From positions 32,001 through 96,000 of the forward strand of contig CAWBQK010000009.1 in NCBI GenBank assembly GCA_963791045.1: DNA of 64,000 bases, given 5' to 3'. Every line of letters starts with the position of its first letter. Positions within the stretch are counted from its first letter, which is position 1. Source of the DNA: Candidatus Latescibacterota bacterium. GTDB taxonomy: Bacteria > Krumholzibacteriota > Krumholzibacteriia > WVZY01. Below, piece after piece: positions 7,908 to 17,994 of the stretch. Made by a program: the position numbers and the translations under genes. The notes under the pieces are model-generated. The model was given only the letters and a program-made list of their open reading frames with translations, searched no databases and was not told where the DNA came from.

Positions 7908-10428
7908 CTTTTTTCCTTAAGTTTACACGCAGCGTACGCAACCCATCGGTGTCGGGTCCATCCAGTATAGTGCTCAACAAACCCGGCGGCTGTTCATCGA
8001 TCAGGCGAGCGCGCCATATTTTTTCAAAACCGTCCGAATTGACGATAACTTCGTCGCCCTCGGAAACCCCCGCGTTCAATGCGTCGTCGCGGTTCATCTC
8101 GACCACGCCTTCAATAAACAACTCCCCTGTTCCCGGTACGAATTCCCGCAGGGAAAGTCCCCTGTAGGTATGCTCGGAGACTGCGACACGAAGAACAAAC
8201 GGACAGTCGCCGGCATTCTCTTCCGGCTGAGATCCGGCGTCCGCCGCATCGTCCGATCCGGAACGATCCCCCTCCGGCAACGCGGCAAGTTCCATTCGCG
8301 CGGCATCAATATCTTTGTAACCGGCGACGATCTCTGACATTTCTTTTTGAATCTCGCCGACATTCTTGAAATCAAAACCGCTCTTCCCCATTTTTCTCGC
8401 GATCCGGCACAGGACATCCCAATCGGGCAGCGCATCCCCGGGAGGATCGACGATCTTACGCACCCTCTGTATCCGTCCCTCACCGTTGACAAAGGTGCCG
8501 TCCGCTTCGGAGAACGCCGCCGAAGGCAGTGAAAGGTCCGGATTGACGTCCGGCAGGGCCGGATAAATATTTTGATAGATCAAGAAATCGGTTTGAGGCC
8601 GCTCCGCGGGAGAACCATCGCCCACAAGAAAAGTCACCTTCGTTTTTTGCTTGATCGAGAATACGTAAGGCTCCGGCGACGATCCCGATCCGGCAAGATC
8701 GACACCCCACAATTTCGAGAGCTTTTTTATCTGGGCCGCATCGGATGAGGAATACCCACCGGGGAGAATTCCGGAACTGGCACCCATAAGGAGCGAGCCG
8801 AAAAGATTGTTGTGCGGAGGAAGAACGACGACCTTCGCGCCTATCGCCTCGCCGAGCAGTTTTATCGACCGGAGAATGTCCCGGGTCGACTCGCGCTGCA
8901 GAACTTCGGTTCCAACAAGAATGACGGGGTTATCCGCACCCCGCAGCATCGTCGCCGCGTTGAGAACGACTTCATCGACAGCGTCGCCCTCCCGATCAGC
9001 CGGGGGCTTCTCGCCGTTGCCATTGACCGAACCAAGAAGTTTTTCGAAGAACTTTCTCTCGGTGCCGGGTTGCGGCTTGATCCAAAGATCGCTCGATATC
9101 GCCAGTTCATTCGCGCGGGGATTGAGCGTAATAACTCTCGCTCCCCTGGCAACGGCTTTTCGAAGTTCGACGTTTACGACCGACTGAGCGAACTGGACGT
9201 CCAGACCAGCGCAGAATGCTACCTGCGCGTTCTTGATATCGGCGAGAGTTCCCGGCATTCTCAAAAGATCGACATAAGCGTCGAGGTCCGGCCCAAAGAA
9301 ACGCCTCGCATCGGTATCGATGTTGCCGGAACCCATCACGACACGCGTGAATTTTTGAGCGACATATAGATCTTCGCTCGAACAGTTCGCTGACACTACC
9401 ATCCCGAATTCTTCTGGACCACATTCGACAAGTCTCTCGGTCGCCAACGCTACCGCGTCATCCCACGAGCACTCCAACGACACACCATTTTCAAACGCGT
9501 ACGGCTTGGTCACGCGCGTTTCGTCGTTCACCAGCTCCGGAAGACAAAACCGGCCTTTCACGCAAAGTTGAGCATCGCTTACGACCGGGTCTTCGACCGG
9601 CAGACTACCGATGAGTTCATCCCCTTTGGCCAGCAGCTTGACCTGGCAGCCTATACCGCACAGAGGACAAGTCGAAACTTCTTCTTTGTCCGCGACGCCA
9701 TCCCATTTCTTGACTCTTTCCGACAGCGCGCCGGTCGGGCAAACGGCGATACACTCTCCGCAGAACTCGCAGCCCGCGTCGATCTGATCGCAGTCGTATG
9801 CCGTCCCCACCATCGTGTCCGAACCGCGTCTAAGAAACGCCAGAGCGGCCGAACCACGGAGCTCCCCACACACGCGCACGCAGCGCCCACAAAGAATACA
9901 AAGATTGTAGTCGCGGTCGATAAACGGGTCGCCTTTGGTCACTGGAATACCGCGGTATTTGATCGGATACACAAGCTCCTTCACACCGAGATATTCGGCC
10001 ACGTCCTGCAGTTCGCACTGGCCATCCGTGGGGCAGTAACGGCAACCCGTGGTAACACCCGCCTTGCGAACAGTTGTTTGCTTCGCCCGGCAATCATCCT
10101 TCTCGCCGCAAATCAAGCAACTCGACGGATGTTCGCTCAATATTAACTGGAGAATATCGACGCGCGCAGATTGAACGGCTTTCGAATTGGTTTTTACTTC
10201 CATTCCCTCTGTGACCGGCGTCGTACACGCCGCGGGGTATCCGCGCATCCCATCGACCTCGACGACACACATCCTGCATGCGCCAAACGGCGTCAGCTCC
10301 TTGTGGGTGCACAGCGTCGGTATGTATATGCCGTTTTGCTCGGCGGCTTGCAGAATGGTCGATCCCTTCTCGGCCTCGACCAGCTTGCCGTCCATTTTGA
10401 TTTTCATCTTCTGTGCTGTTTTACTCAT
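7900..10428 (-). CDS. NuoG/FdhF-like Fe-S subunit (BfuA-type) with degenerate molybdopterin domain
   Basis: N-terminal [2Fe-2S] (GACRMC), His-ligated cluster, CILCGRC/CEFCGEC, TCPLCGIGC..LCVKG, GTFVNGEGRIQ. The FdhF Cys/Sec-His site reads NIDTDARRFFG. Confidence 0.85.
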   Translation of the reverse strand: MSKTAQKMKIKMDGKLVEAEKGSTILQAAEQNGIYIPTLCTHKELTPFGACRMCVVEVDGMRGYPAACTTPVTEGMEVKTNSKAVQSARVDILQLILSEHPSSCLICGEKDDCRAKQTTVRKAGVTTGCRYCPTDGQCELQDVAEYLGVKELVYPIKYRGIPVTKGDPFIDRDYNLCILCGRCVRVCGELRGSAALAFLRRGSDTMVGTAYDCDQIDAGCEFCGECIAVCPTGALSERVKKWDGVADKEEVSTCPLCGIGCQVKLLAKGDELIGSLPVEDPVVSDAQLCVKGRFCLPELVNDETRVTKPYAFENGVSLECSWDDAVALATERLVECGPEEFGMVVSANCSSEDLYVAQKFTRVVMGSGNIDTDARRFFGPDLDAYVDLLRMPGTLADIKNAQVAFCAGLDVQFAQSVVNVELRKAVARGARVITLNPRANELAISSDLWIKPQPGTERKFFEKLLGSVNGNGEKPPADREGDAVDEVVLNAATMLRGADNPVILVGTEVLQRESTRDILRSIKLLGEAIGAKVVVLPPHNNLFGSLLMGASSGILPGGYSSSDAAQIKKLSKLWGVDLAGSGSSPEPYVFSIKQKTKVTFLVGDGSPAERPQTDFLIYQNIYPALPDVNPDLSLPSAAFSEADGTFVNGEGRIQRVRKIVDPPGDALPDWDVLCRIARKMGKSGFDFKNVGEIQKEMSEIVAGYKDIDAARMELAALPEGDRSGSDDAADAGSQPEENAGDCPFVLRVAVSEHTYRGLSLREFVPGTGELFIEGVVEMNRDDALNAGVSEGDEVIVNSDGFEKIWRARLIDEQPPGLLSTILDGPDTDGLRTLRVNLRKKDV

Positions 10429-12316
10429 TGGTTCCACCTGCTTCGTTCCCTACAAGAAGTCCGTCGCCGGCGACGGCTCCGAATTCACATATCTCATAAC
10501 ACGCCCGGCATTTCACACACTTGGTCGGATCCAGGACATGCGGCACCCTCTTTTCGCCGGTAATCGCCCCGGTCGGGCACGCCCTCATGCAGCGAAGACA
10601 ACCCGTACACAATTCCGGGATAATCCGGAACTCGACGAGATCACTGCAAATCACCGCGTCACATCTCTTGTCGTTTATGTGAGCAAGGTATTCCGAACGG
10701 AAATAGCGAATCGTGGTCAGCGCCGGATTCGGCGCCGTTTGCCCGAGACCGCACAACGATGTGTTGCGGATAGTCTCCCCGAGGGATTCGAGCGTGTCGA
10801 GATCCTCTTCAACGCCTTCCCCTCGTGTGATCCTCTCGAGAATATCGACCATGTGTCGCGTGCCGATTCGGCACGGGTTGCACTTGCCGCACGACTCGGC
10901 CTGGGTAAAATTCAAAAAGTACTTGGCCACATCCACGACGCAGGTATCCTCATCCATTACGATCAGACCACCCGAACCCATTATCGATCCTGCTTGCGCC
11001 AGTGATTCATATTCCACCGGCGTGTCGAGAAACTCCTTGGGAAGACAACCGCCCGAAGGACCGCCCGTCTGAACCGCTTTGAATTCCTTGATCGAACCGC
11101 CGCCGATGTCGAAAATGATTTCCCTGAGCGTGGTCCCCATCGGCACCTCGATGAGACCCGTGCGGGCAACCTTGCCGACAAGTGAAAACGTCTTTGTGCC
11201 GCAGCTCTTTTTGGTTCCGTACTGGCTGTACCAATCGGCCCCGTTTCTCAGAATGCTCGGCAGCGAAGCGAGAGTTTCGACGTTGTTGATAACTGTCGGC
11301 TTTTTCCAGAGACCGGAAACCGCGGGGTAAGGCGGCCGCGATCTGGGCATTCCGCGCTCGCCTTCGATCGACGCGATGAGCGCCGTTTCCTCTCCGCAAA
11401 CAAACGCGCCAGCGCCTTCTTTGATAGAAATATCAAAATCAAACCCGGAGCCGAGGATGTTCTTTCCGAGAAGCCCGAACTTTCGAATCTGCCCCACCGC
11501 TTTTTTCAAACGGGCCACGGCGAGCGGGTACTCCGCCCTTATATAGATGTAACCATGCGCCGCTCCAATTGCGTACGCGGCAATCAACAAACCCTCTAGA
11601 AGCGCGTGCGGGTCCCCCTCAATGAGAGAACGGTTCATGAACGCGCCCGGATCGCCTTCATCGGCATTGCATATCATGTATTTGGTATCGCCCGGAGCAT
11701 TCCGGCAAAACTCCCATTTCTTTGCCGTCGTAAACCCGGCGCCGCCGCGGCCCCGGAGCCCCGCCGCCGACACCTCGGCGATCACCTGCTCCGGCCCATC
11801 CGCGAGCGCAGCCTTCAATCCAAGGTATCCGTCATTCGCAAGATAGTGGCCTACATTTTCCGGATCGATGATACCGCAGTTTTTGAGGACTATTCTCACC
11901 TGGGGTTTAAGCATCGGCAGGTCGAAAAACCGCGGCAAATCCCCGACGGATTCTTCGCCCTCTTTGCCGAAGTGGCCAACGGCAAAGCGCTGGAGCGGAG
12001 CGCCGTCCATGACATGCGATTTGATAATCCGCCGCGCATTCTTTGCGGTCACGTTCGAATAGCTGACCCGAGGCTCTCCGGGCATCGCGATGTCCATTAG
12101 CGGTTCGAGATAGCACGGTCCAATGCAGCCGACTTCCACGATTTTCGCTTCGAGCTTGAACTCCTCGAGCGACTCCTTGATCGTCTCCATCACCTGGAGC
12201 GCACCGGCGGCGCGTCCGCACGATGCCATCCCCAGATAGATGACGGGCACCTCGCTGGTCATCAGCGTCGCCCAATCTTCGTCTGCCTTTCTAATCGTGT
12301 TCAGAAAATCATTCAT
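10421..12316 (-). CDS. nuoF: NuoF/HydB-like FMN-NADH subunit (BfuB-type) with N-terminal thioredoxin-like Fe-S domain and C-terminal 2x[4Fe-4S]
   Basis: GRGGAGF, NADEGDPGAFM, GAFVCGEETAL, GGPSGG, ESCGKCNPCR, HINDKRCDAVIC, CTGCLRC/CVKCRAC. Confidence 0.92.
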   Translation of the reverse strand: MNDFLNTIRKADEDWATLMTSEVPVIYLGMASCGRAAGALQVMETIKESLEEFKLEAKIVEVGCIGPCYLEPLMDIAMPGEPRVSYSNVTAKNARRIIKSHVMDGAPLQRFAVGHFGKEGEESVGDLPRFFDLPMLKPQVRIVLKNCGIIDPENVGHYLANDGYLGLKAALADGPEQVIAEVSAAGLRGRGGAGFTTAKKWEFCRNAPGDTKYMICNADEGDPGAFMNRSLIEGDPHALLEGLLIAAYAIGAAHGYIYIRAEYPLAVARLKKAVGQIRKFGLLGKNILGSGFDFDISIKEGAGAFVCGEETALIASIEGERGMPRSRPPYPAVSGLWKKPTVINNVETLASLPSILRNGADWYSQYGTKKSCGTKTFSLVGKVARTGLIEVPMGTTLREIIFDIGGGSIKEFKAVQTGGPSGGCLPKEFLDTPVEYESLAQAGSIMGSGGLIVMDEDTCVVDVAKYFLNFTQAESCGKCNPCRIGTRHMVDILERITRGEGVEEDLDTLESLGETIRNTSLCGLGQTAPNPALTTIRYFRSEYLAHINDKRCDAVICSDLVEFRIIPELCTGCLRCMRACPTGAITGEKRVPHVLDPTKCVKCRACYEICEFGAVAGDGLLVGNEAGGTNE

Positions 12317-12761
12317 ATTTTTCCAAAATTTCGTTGAGGTCGTTGACAGTGACACGGCTGTGAATCTCGTCCCCTATTTTTACAACGGGCGCGAGCGCGC
12401 AGCACCCAAGACATGCGGCGCGTTCGAAATCATAACGTCCGTCTTCCGTGGTTTGGCCCGGCGATACTCCAAGCTCTCGTTGGATACCTTCACTGAGAAC
12501 ATGCCCCCCGGCAACATGGCAGGCAGTGCCCAGGCAAACCTTAACCGAGTGCCTCCCTGGCTCTGTGAATCGGAACTGGGAGTAAAACGACGCGACGCCA
12601 AAAATCTTGCTTTCGGAAATCTTCAAAAAACGCGAAATACGTTTGACGGTCTCTTTCGAGATAAAACCGTCTTTCTCTTGAAAGTCCTGAAGGATCGCAA
12701 TCAGTTCACCCTGCTTTCCTTCAAATTCGGAAAATGTGCTCGTCGAATCTTTATCAATCAT
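12309..12761 (-). CDS. nuoE: NuoE/HydC-like [2Fe-2S] subunit (BfuC-type)
   Basis: VASFYSQF, VCLGTACHVAG, ACLGCCALAP. Confidence 0.92.
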   Translation of the reverse strand: MIDKDSTSTFSEFEGKQGELIAILQDFQEKDGFISKETVKRISRFLKISESKIFGVASFYSQFRFTEPGRHSVKVCLGTACHVAGGHVLSEGIQRELGVSPGQTTEDGRYDFERAACLGCCALAPVVKIGDEIHSRVTVNDLNEILEKYE

Positions 12762-12822
12762 GAGATGCCCTCACCATCGAAGTTTGTCACACACCTTGCC
12801 CCTGCTAAAAACATTTAACTAA

Positions 12823-13416
12823 TCAGCTCGAGGCGGTGTTGTCCTTGTCTCTGGGTTTTCTTTTGTGCAGATGATAATAACAAGTCCGCTTTACGACATC
12901 TCGCAGCAGACATTTCTCGCGGAAGTAAATCCCGCACCGGAAACACAGCTCCGGCGGCGCGGTTTCCAACTCGACGATATCGGCGGACAACCGATCGAGA
13001 AGATCCGCGGTCTGGATGAAATCCTCCGGCATAAACTGTCGAAACAGGCCGTCGAGTACCTTGTCCTGGACCTTTTCGTATCTTTCGAGCAATGAATGTG
13101 CTTCCGGCGTAAGAGACAACTCGTTCACGCGGCGGTCGGTCTTCGATTCCACGCGCAGGAGATATCCACGGCGAACGAGTCTGTCGACCGCCTTGCTCGC
13201 GGCGGCGTTGGTCACCCGGCAAAAAGCAGCCACTTCGGTTATGCTTTCAACATTGGTCGAAGCCACAAGCTTGAGAAGCCTGAGCTGGGAGATGGTGACC
13301 TCCCCACCAAGTTCCTCTCGAAGATGCTCCATCATCAACTCGTCCACCGCGGAACTGAAGATATGCATGCTCGCGAGGAAGTCGTTGATAATCCTGGTTC
13401 GCTCTTTCACAGCCAC
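12823..13416 (-). CDS. MarR-family regulator with C-terminal Cys-rich tail
   Basis: TISQLRLL..NAAASKAVDRL..DRR winged HTH; CFRCGIYFREKCLLRDVVKRTC; AAGGAG RBS before GTG 13416. Confidence 0.88.
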   Translation of the reverse strand: MAVKERTRIINDFLASMHIFSSAVDELMMEHLREELGGEVTISQLRLLKLVASTNVESITEVAAFCRVTNAAASKAVDRLVRRGYLLRVESKTDRRVNELSLTPEAHSLLERYEKVQDKVLDGLFRQFMPEDFIQTADLLDRLSADIVELETAPPELCFRCGIYFREKCLLRDVVKRTCYYHLHKRKPRDKDNTASS

Positions 13417-13481
13417 GTTTTGAGCTCCTTGGTTTGGAATCGCGGGCACGGACTTTCGAGGCCTGCCGCCCTCGAATTCAA

Positions 13482-13511
13482 TATATGGTGTTAATATTAT
13501 ATGGTGTTAAT
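13482..13511. promoter_or_regulatory. 14-bp direct repeat (TATATGGTGTTAAT x2, period 16) overlapping a likely leftward sigma70 promoter
   Basis: Exact copies at 13482-13495 and 13498-13511. Minus strand reads TTGCCA followed 15-17 nt later by TATAAT/TAATAT. Confidence 0.55.
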
Positions 13512-13770
13512 TTGTTTGGCAAGTTTTTTTTTGCGGTGGACGGGATCAGTATTTCGAACACCCATAAAGTGTGGGGTGATTCCGTCCTGGATCCCAAGTA
13601 TTCATATATAAAATATTGTATGACAGCAATGTACGTCAATGTCCAAGCATAATCAGGGTGGGCGGCACGTCAGCAAACACCCAGACCGTCACGGACACAA
13701 CGCCACAACCTAGCCTAATCTATTCGAAACAGTTGAAGTCCCCATTACGCCTGATAAAAACCCCAGGACT

Positions 13771-13815
13771 TTGTGAATTTTTTCCCTTGACCCTACGATT
13801 AACCAGGTTTACTGT
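13771..13815 (+). promoter_or_regulatory. Rightward sigma70 promoter with an overlapping Rex-like half-site
   Basis: TTGACC(13787)-N17-TACTGT(13810). TTGTGAATTTTTTCCCTT at 13771-13788 matches the left arm of the Rex consensus TTGTGAA-N4-TTCACAA. Confidence 0.45.
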
Positions 13816-13935
13816 TTAGTGGAGAGTTTGGCGAGGCTTACAATCTTAGCGCCTTTGAGCATCACACAACTGGGTCACCTCTCGGATGAAAGTGGAAGCA
13901 ACTTCCAACCATCGCGGCTGAAGAGGGGCAAAATT

Positions 13936-14538
13936 GTGGAATCAGTTCAAAGAACGGCTATCATAAACAACTTCCTCGCCAGCATGAGCATCTTCTCGTC
14001 GGCGACCAATGAACTCATGGCCGAGCAGCTTAAAAGCAAGCTCGGTGGCGAGTTGACCATCTCCCAGTTGAGACTCCTCAAGTTAATCGCAAAAACTGAC
14101 ATTCGAAGCATCAGCGACGTTGCCACATTCCTCGGCGTAAGCAACGCCGCGGCAAGCAAAGCGGTGGACCGCCTGGCCCGGCGCAAACTGGTTTCGAGAA
14201 TCGAATCTCCGGACGACAGACGCGCGACCCGTTTAAAACTCACTCGAAATGGCTCCCAGCTACTCGAACAATACGAGACGGCTCAGAATCATATCCTCGA
14301 AGGACTCTTCCGGCAGTTTATGCCGGAGGACTTTATTCAGTTGGCGGAACTGCTCGATCAGCTTTCCTGCGACATTGTCGAGCACGATTCCGGCCCGCGC
14401 GACGTTTGCTTTCGCTGCGGCATCTATTTCCGTGACAGATGCTCTCTCCGAAGCATTGTCGGCAACGGCTGCGGCTGCGTAAAAATCCGCGATGGGAAAA
14501 ACGTCGACGGCGCCGACACACCCAAACACAATCTGTAG
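13936..14538 (+). CDS. MarR-family regulator with C-terminal Cys-rich tail (paralog of 12823-13416)
   Basis: Same winged HTH; shared LFRQFMPEDFIQ; CFRCGIYFRDRCSLRSIVGNGCGC; GAGGGG before GTG 13936. Confidence 0.88.
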   Translation: MESVQRTAIINNFLASMSIFSSATNELMAEQLKSKLGGELTISQLRLLKLIAKTDIRSISDVATFLGVSNAAASKAVDRLARRKLVSRIESPDDRRATRLKLTRNGSQLLEQYETAQNHILEGLFRQFMPEDFIQLAELLDQLSCDIVEHDSGPRDVCFRCGIYFRDRCSLRSIVGNGCGCVKIRDGKNVDGADTPKHNL

Positions 14539-14553
14539 GAGGGATGTAACAAA

Positions 14554-15135
14554 ATGAGGCCGGTGATAAAAAGTGAAACCCACCGTGACCTGGATTTCGC
14601 GCAGTGGGTCAAAGACCTTCACGGCGCTGAGCACCTCAAAGAGTGTATCCAGTGCGGTGTATGCAGCGGCAACTGTCCCCTCGGCAAATACATGGATTAT
14701 AGTCCCCGGCGGTTGATTCACATCGCGAAGGAAGGCTTCAAAGAGGAAGTCCTCGGCAGTTTCACCATCTGGCTCTGCACTAGCTGCTATGCCTGCGCGG
14801 CAGATTGCCCCAGGGAGATCAAAGTCACCGACATCATATACGCGCTAAAACGGCGCGCGATCGAAGAAAATTACTATCCCCGGAAATTTCCGATCCCGAC
14901 TCTCGCTCGTGAATTCGGCAAAATGGTTCGGAAAAACGGGCGCATCACCGAAGCCAAGCTTGTCATCAATGTATTCATGCGGACGAACGTACGACGGGCA
15001 CTCAGTATGGCGCCGCTGGGAAAGGATCTGATGCGTACCGGCCGATTCTCTCTCAAAACGGAATCAGTCAAAAACAAATCTCAGATCGAGACATTGTTGA
15101 AAGCTCTCGAAAACGATAAGGAGGGCTCGGTATGA
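14554..15135 (+). CDS. hdrC: Heterodisulfide reductase subunit C-like
   Basis: CIQCGVCSGNCP and WLCTSCYACAADCPR; directly upstream of hdrB. Confidence 0.9.
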   Translation: MRPVIKSETHRDLDFAQWVKDLHGAEHLKECIQCGVCSGNCPLGKYMDYSPRRLIHIAKEGFKEEVLGSFTIWLCTSCYACAADCPREIKVTDIIYALKRRAIEENYYPRKFPIPTLAREFGKMVRKNGRITEAKLVINVFMRTNVRRALSMAPLGKDLMRTGRFSLKTESVKNKSQIETLLKALENDKEGSV

Positions 15136-16016
15136 AAAAATATCCGTACTATCCGGGCTGCTCGGCCAAGGGCACCGGCAAAGCCTACGAAGAATCTCTC
15201 CTCGGAGTTTTCGAGGCCCTCGACATTCAACTCGACGAATTGGACGACTGGAACTGTTGCGGGGCGACCGCCTATATGTCAATCGATCAGACCCAGGCAT
15301 GTGCGCTCGCGGGGCGCAACCTCGCGCTCGCCGAGGCGCTGGGCAACGGCCAGGATCTCGTGACTCCCTGCAATGCGTGCTACCTTGTCCTGCACAAAAC
15401 CCAAACCTATCTCAACGAGCATCCGGAAATCCGCGACAAAGTTAAGAAAGCCCTCAACGCGGCGGGACTCAGTTACAAAGGAACGTCGCGAGTTCGCCAT
15501 CCGCTGGATATCCTCGTCAACGACATCGGGATCAAGGCCGTTGGGGAAAGGGTCACGCAGTCGCTGAAAGGGTTGAAAGTCGCCCCGTACTACGGGTGTC
15601 AGATTGTCAGACCCTATGCGCTCTTCGACGACCAGCACGACCCGCAAACGATGGACAAACTCATCAAGGCCACGGGCGCGGAAGTCGTTGACTATCCGTT
15701 CAAGACACGTTGTTGCGGGGCCAGTCAGACGGGGACTCTTCCGGAAACGGGATCTCATCTCGTGTACCAGATTCTCCAGGAGGCCCACTACAGGGGAGCC
15801 GATGTCGTGGCCACAATATGTCCCCTGTGCCAGTTCAACCTCGACGCCTATCAAAAAAAGGTTCGGGGCAAACATGATCTCGAACCGATGCCCGTGGTCT
15901 ACTTCACGCAGTTGCTGGGGATGGCTTTCGGACTGCCGGAAGAAAAAATCGGTTTCAGAAGAAACATCGTGCCGGCCGAGCCGGTCTTGAGAAGGAGAGT
16001 AGCTCATGGCGCCTAA
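15132..16016 (+). CDS. hdrB: Heterodisulfide reductase subunit B-like
   Basis: Two CCG domains: YYPGC..WNCCGA..TPCNAC and YYGC..RCCGA..TICPLC. Confidence 0.92.
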   Translation: MKKYPYYPGCSAKGTGKAYEESLLGVFEALDIQLDELDDWNCCGATAYMSIDQTQACALAGRNLALAEALGNGQDLVTPCNACYLVLHKTQTYLNEHPEIRDKVKKALNAAGLSYKGTSRVRHPLDILVNDIGIKAVGERVTQSLKGLKVAPYYGCQIVRPYALFDDQHDPQTMDKLIKATGAEVVDYPFKTRCCGASQTGTLPETGSHLVYQILQEAHYRGADVVATICPLCQFNLDAYQKKVRGKHDLEPMPVVYFTQLLGMAFGLPEEKIGFRRNIVPAEPVLRRRVAHGA

Positions 16017-17991
16017 AACCAACGATGGCAGCAACGGGACACCCCGCATAGGGGTCTACGTCTGCCACTGCGGGACCAACATCTCCGGCCCCGTGGATGT
16101 CGAGGAAGTGGCGGAGTACGTCGCGACGTGCCCGGTGTCAAGCTGGCGAAGGATTACAAGTACATGTGTCCGGCCCCGGGCAGGAGATCATCAAACAGGA
16201 CATCAAGGAATTCGGTCTCGACCGGCTTGTCGTCGCCGCGTGCTCCCCGTCGCTGCACGAGAAGACATTCCGCAACGCGGCCGCCGAGGCGGGACTGAAC
16301 CAGTTCTTTTTCCAGATGGTTAATATCCGCGAACACGACTCATGGGTCCACGAGGACAAGGGCAAGGCGACGGCCAAGGCAAAGGACCTGATCCGTGCCG
16401 CCGTCCGCCGCGTCGCAATGGCACAAACCTCTCGAAAGCAAGACGTGTCGGAATCCACCCGGACGCGCTGATCGTGGGCGGCGGGATCGCGGGCATCCAC
16501 GCGGCGCTGACGATGGCCAACGCCGGGAAGAAGGTGTACCTGGTGGAGAGGGAGCCGACGATCGGCGGCCACATGGCCCAGTTCGACAAGACGTTCCCGA
16601 CCCTCGACTGCGCCGCCTGCATCCTCACGCCGAAGATGACCCATGTGAACCCACCCCAACATCACTCTGTGGACGATGCCGAGGTGGCGAAAGTCGACGG
16701 CTTCGTCGGCGAACTACAAGGTGCGGGTGCGAACGAAGCCCCGTTACATCATCGAGGACCTGTGCGTCGGCTGCCTCGAGTGCATCGAGGCCTGCGTGTT
16801 CAAGAACGGGGAAGATTCCCGACGAGTTCAACCTGGGGCTGAGCAAGCGCAAGCCGATCTACATCCCGTTCCCCCAGGCGGTGCCGCAGGTGGTCGGTCA
16901 TCGACCCCGAAGCCTGCATCGAGTTCAGAGCGGAAAGTGCAAGAAGACCTGCGTCGAGGCGTGCGCCGACCGCGACGCGATCGACTTCCAGCAGGAAACG
17001 AGACACGAGACGATCAAGGTCGGCACGATCATGCTCGCCACCGGGTTCAAGACCTTCGATGCCAACGGGTGCCCTACTACGGCTACGGCACGTACCCCAA
17101 CGTCTACACCGCCCTGGAGGTGGAGCGACTCGTCAACGCTGCCGGCCCCACCGGCGGCGAAATCGTGCTGCGGGACGGCCGGAACCGAAGACGCGTCGGG
17201 ATCATCCACTGCGTCGGCAGCCGCGACGAGAACACCAACCGCATTGCTCGCGGGTCTGCTGCATGTATTCGTTGAAGCTCGCCCACCTGGTCAAGGAGAA
17301 AACCGGCGCGGAGGTCTACAACTTCTACATCGACATGCGGACCCCGGGCAAGGGATTGGAGGAGTTCTACAATCGGGTCGCGGATGAAGGAGCCCATTTC
17401 ATCCGCGGCAAGGTGGCGAACGTGTACCAGGAGCCGGAAAGCGATGGGGATATGGTCCTGCAGGTAGAGGACACGCTGGCCGGAATGTATCGCAAGATTC
17501 CGGTGGACATGGTGGTCCTCGCAACCGGAATCGAGCCGCAGGAGGACGCCGAGGACGTGCGCAGGATGTTCAACATCGCCTGCTCAAACGGGGGCTTCTT
17601 CATGGAGCGCCATCCCAAACTGGCGCCGGTGAGCACGCTTCACCGACGGGATCTTCCTCGCCGGGTGCTGCCAGGGACCGAGGGACATCCCCGACACCGT
17701 GGCCCAGGCCGGCGCGGCGGCGGCGGAGGCGCTGGCGCTCATCGACCGAAGGACATCGAGCTCGAGCCCAACACGGCGCGCGTCCACGAAGACGAATGCT
17801 CGGGGTGCAAGAACTGTATCGGGGTTTGCCCGTACCAGGCGATCTCATTCGAGGATGAGAGCAAGGCCGTCATCAACGAGGTGCTCTGCAAGGGATGCGG
17901 CACCTGCGTGGCAGCGTGCCCATCCGGTTCCATCCAACAGAATCTGTTCGAAGACGACGAGATCTTCGAGGAGATCTGGGGGTGTTATTGA
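16006..17991 (+). CDS. hdrA: Heterodisulfide reductase subunit A (many frameshifts in this assembly)
   Basis: Ordered fragments across three frames: GVYVCHCGTNI, VVAACSPSLH, GGGIAG, DKTFPTLDCAACILTP, IHCVGSRD, CSRVCCMYS, HPKLAPV, CKGCGTCVAACP. Confidence 0.88.
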
Positions 17992-17994
17992 ACT

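Noticed and set aside
7900-12761. Respiratory complex I or formate dehydrogenase
   Set aside because: No membrane nuo genes nearby and no Mo-ligating Cys/Sec.
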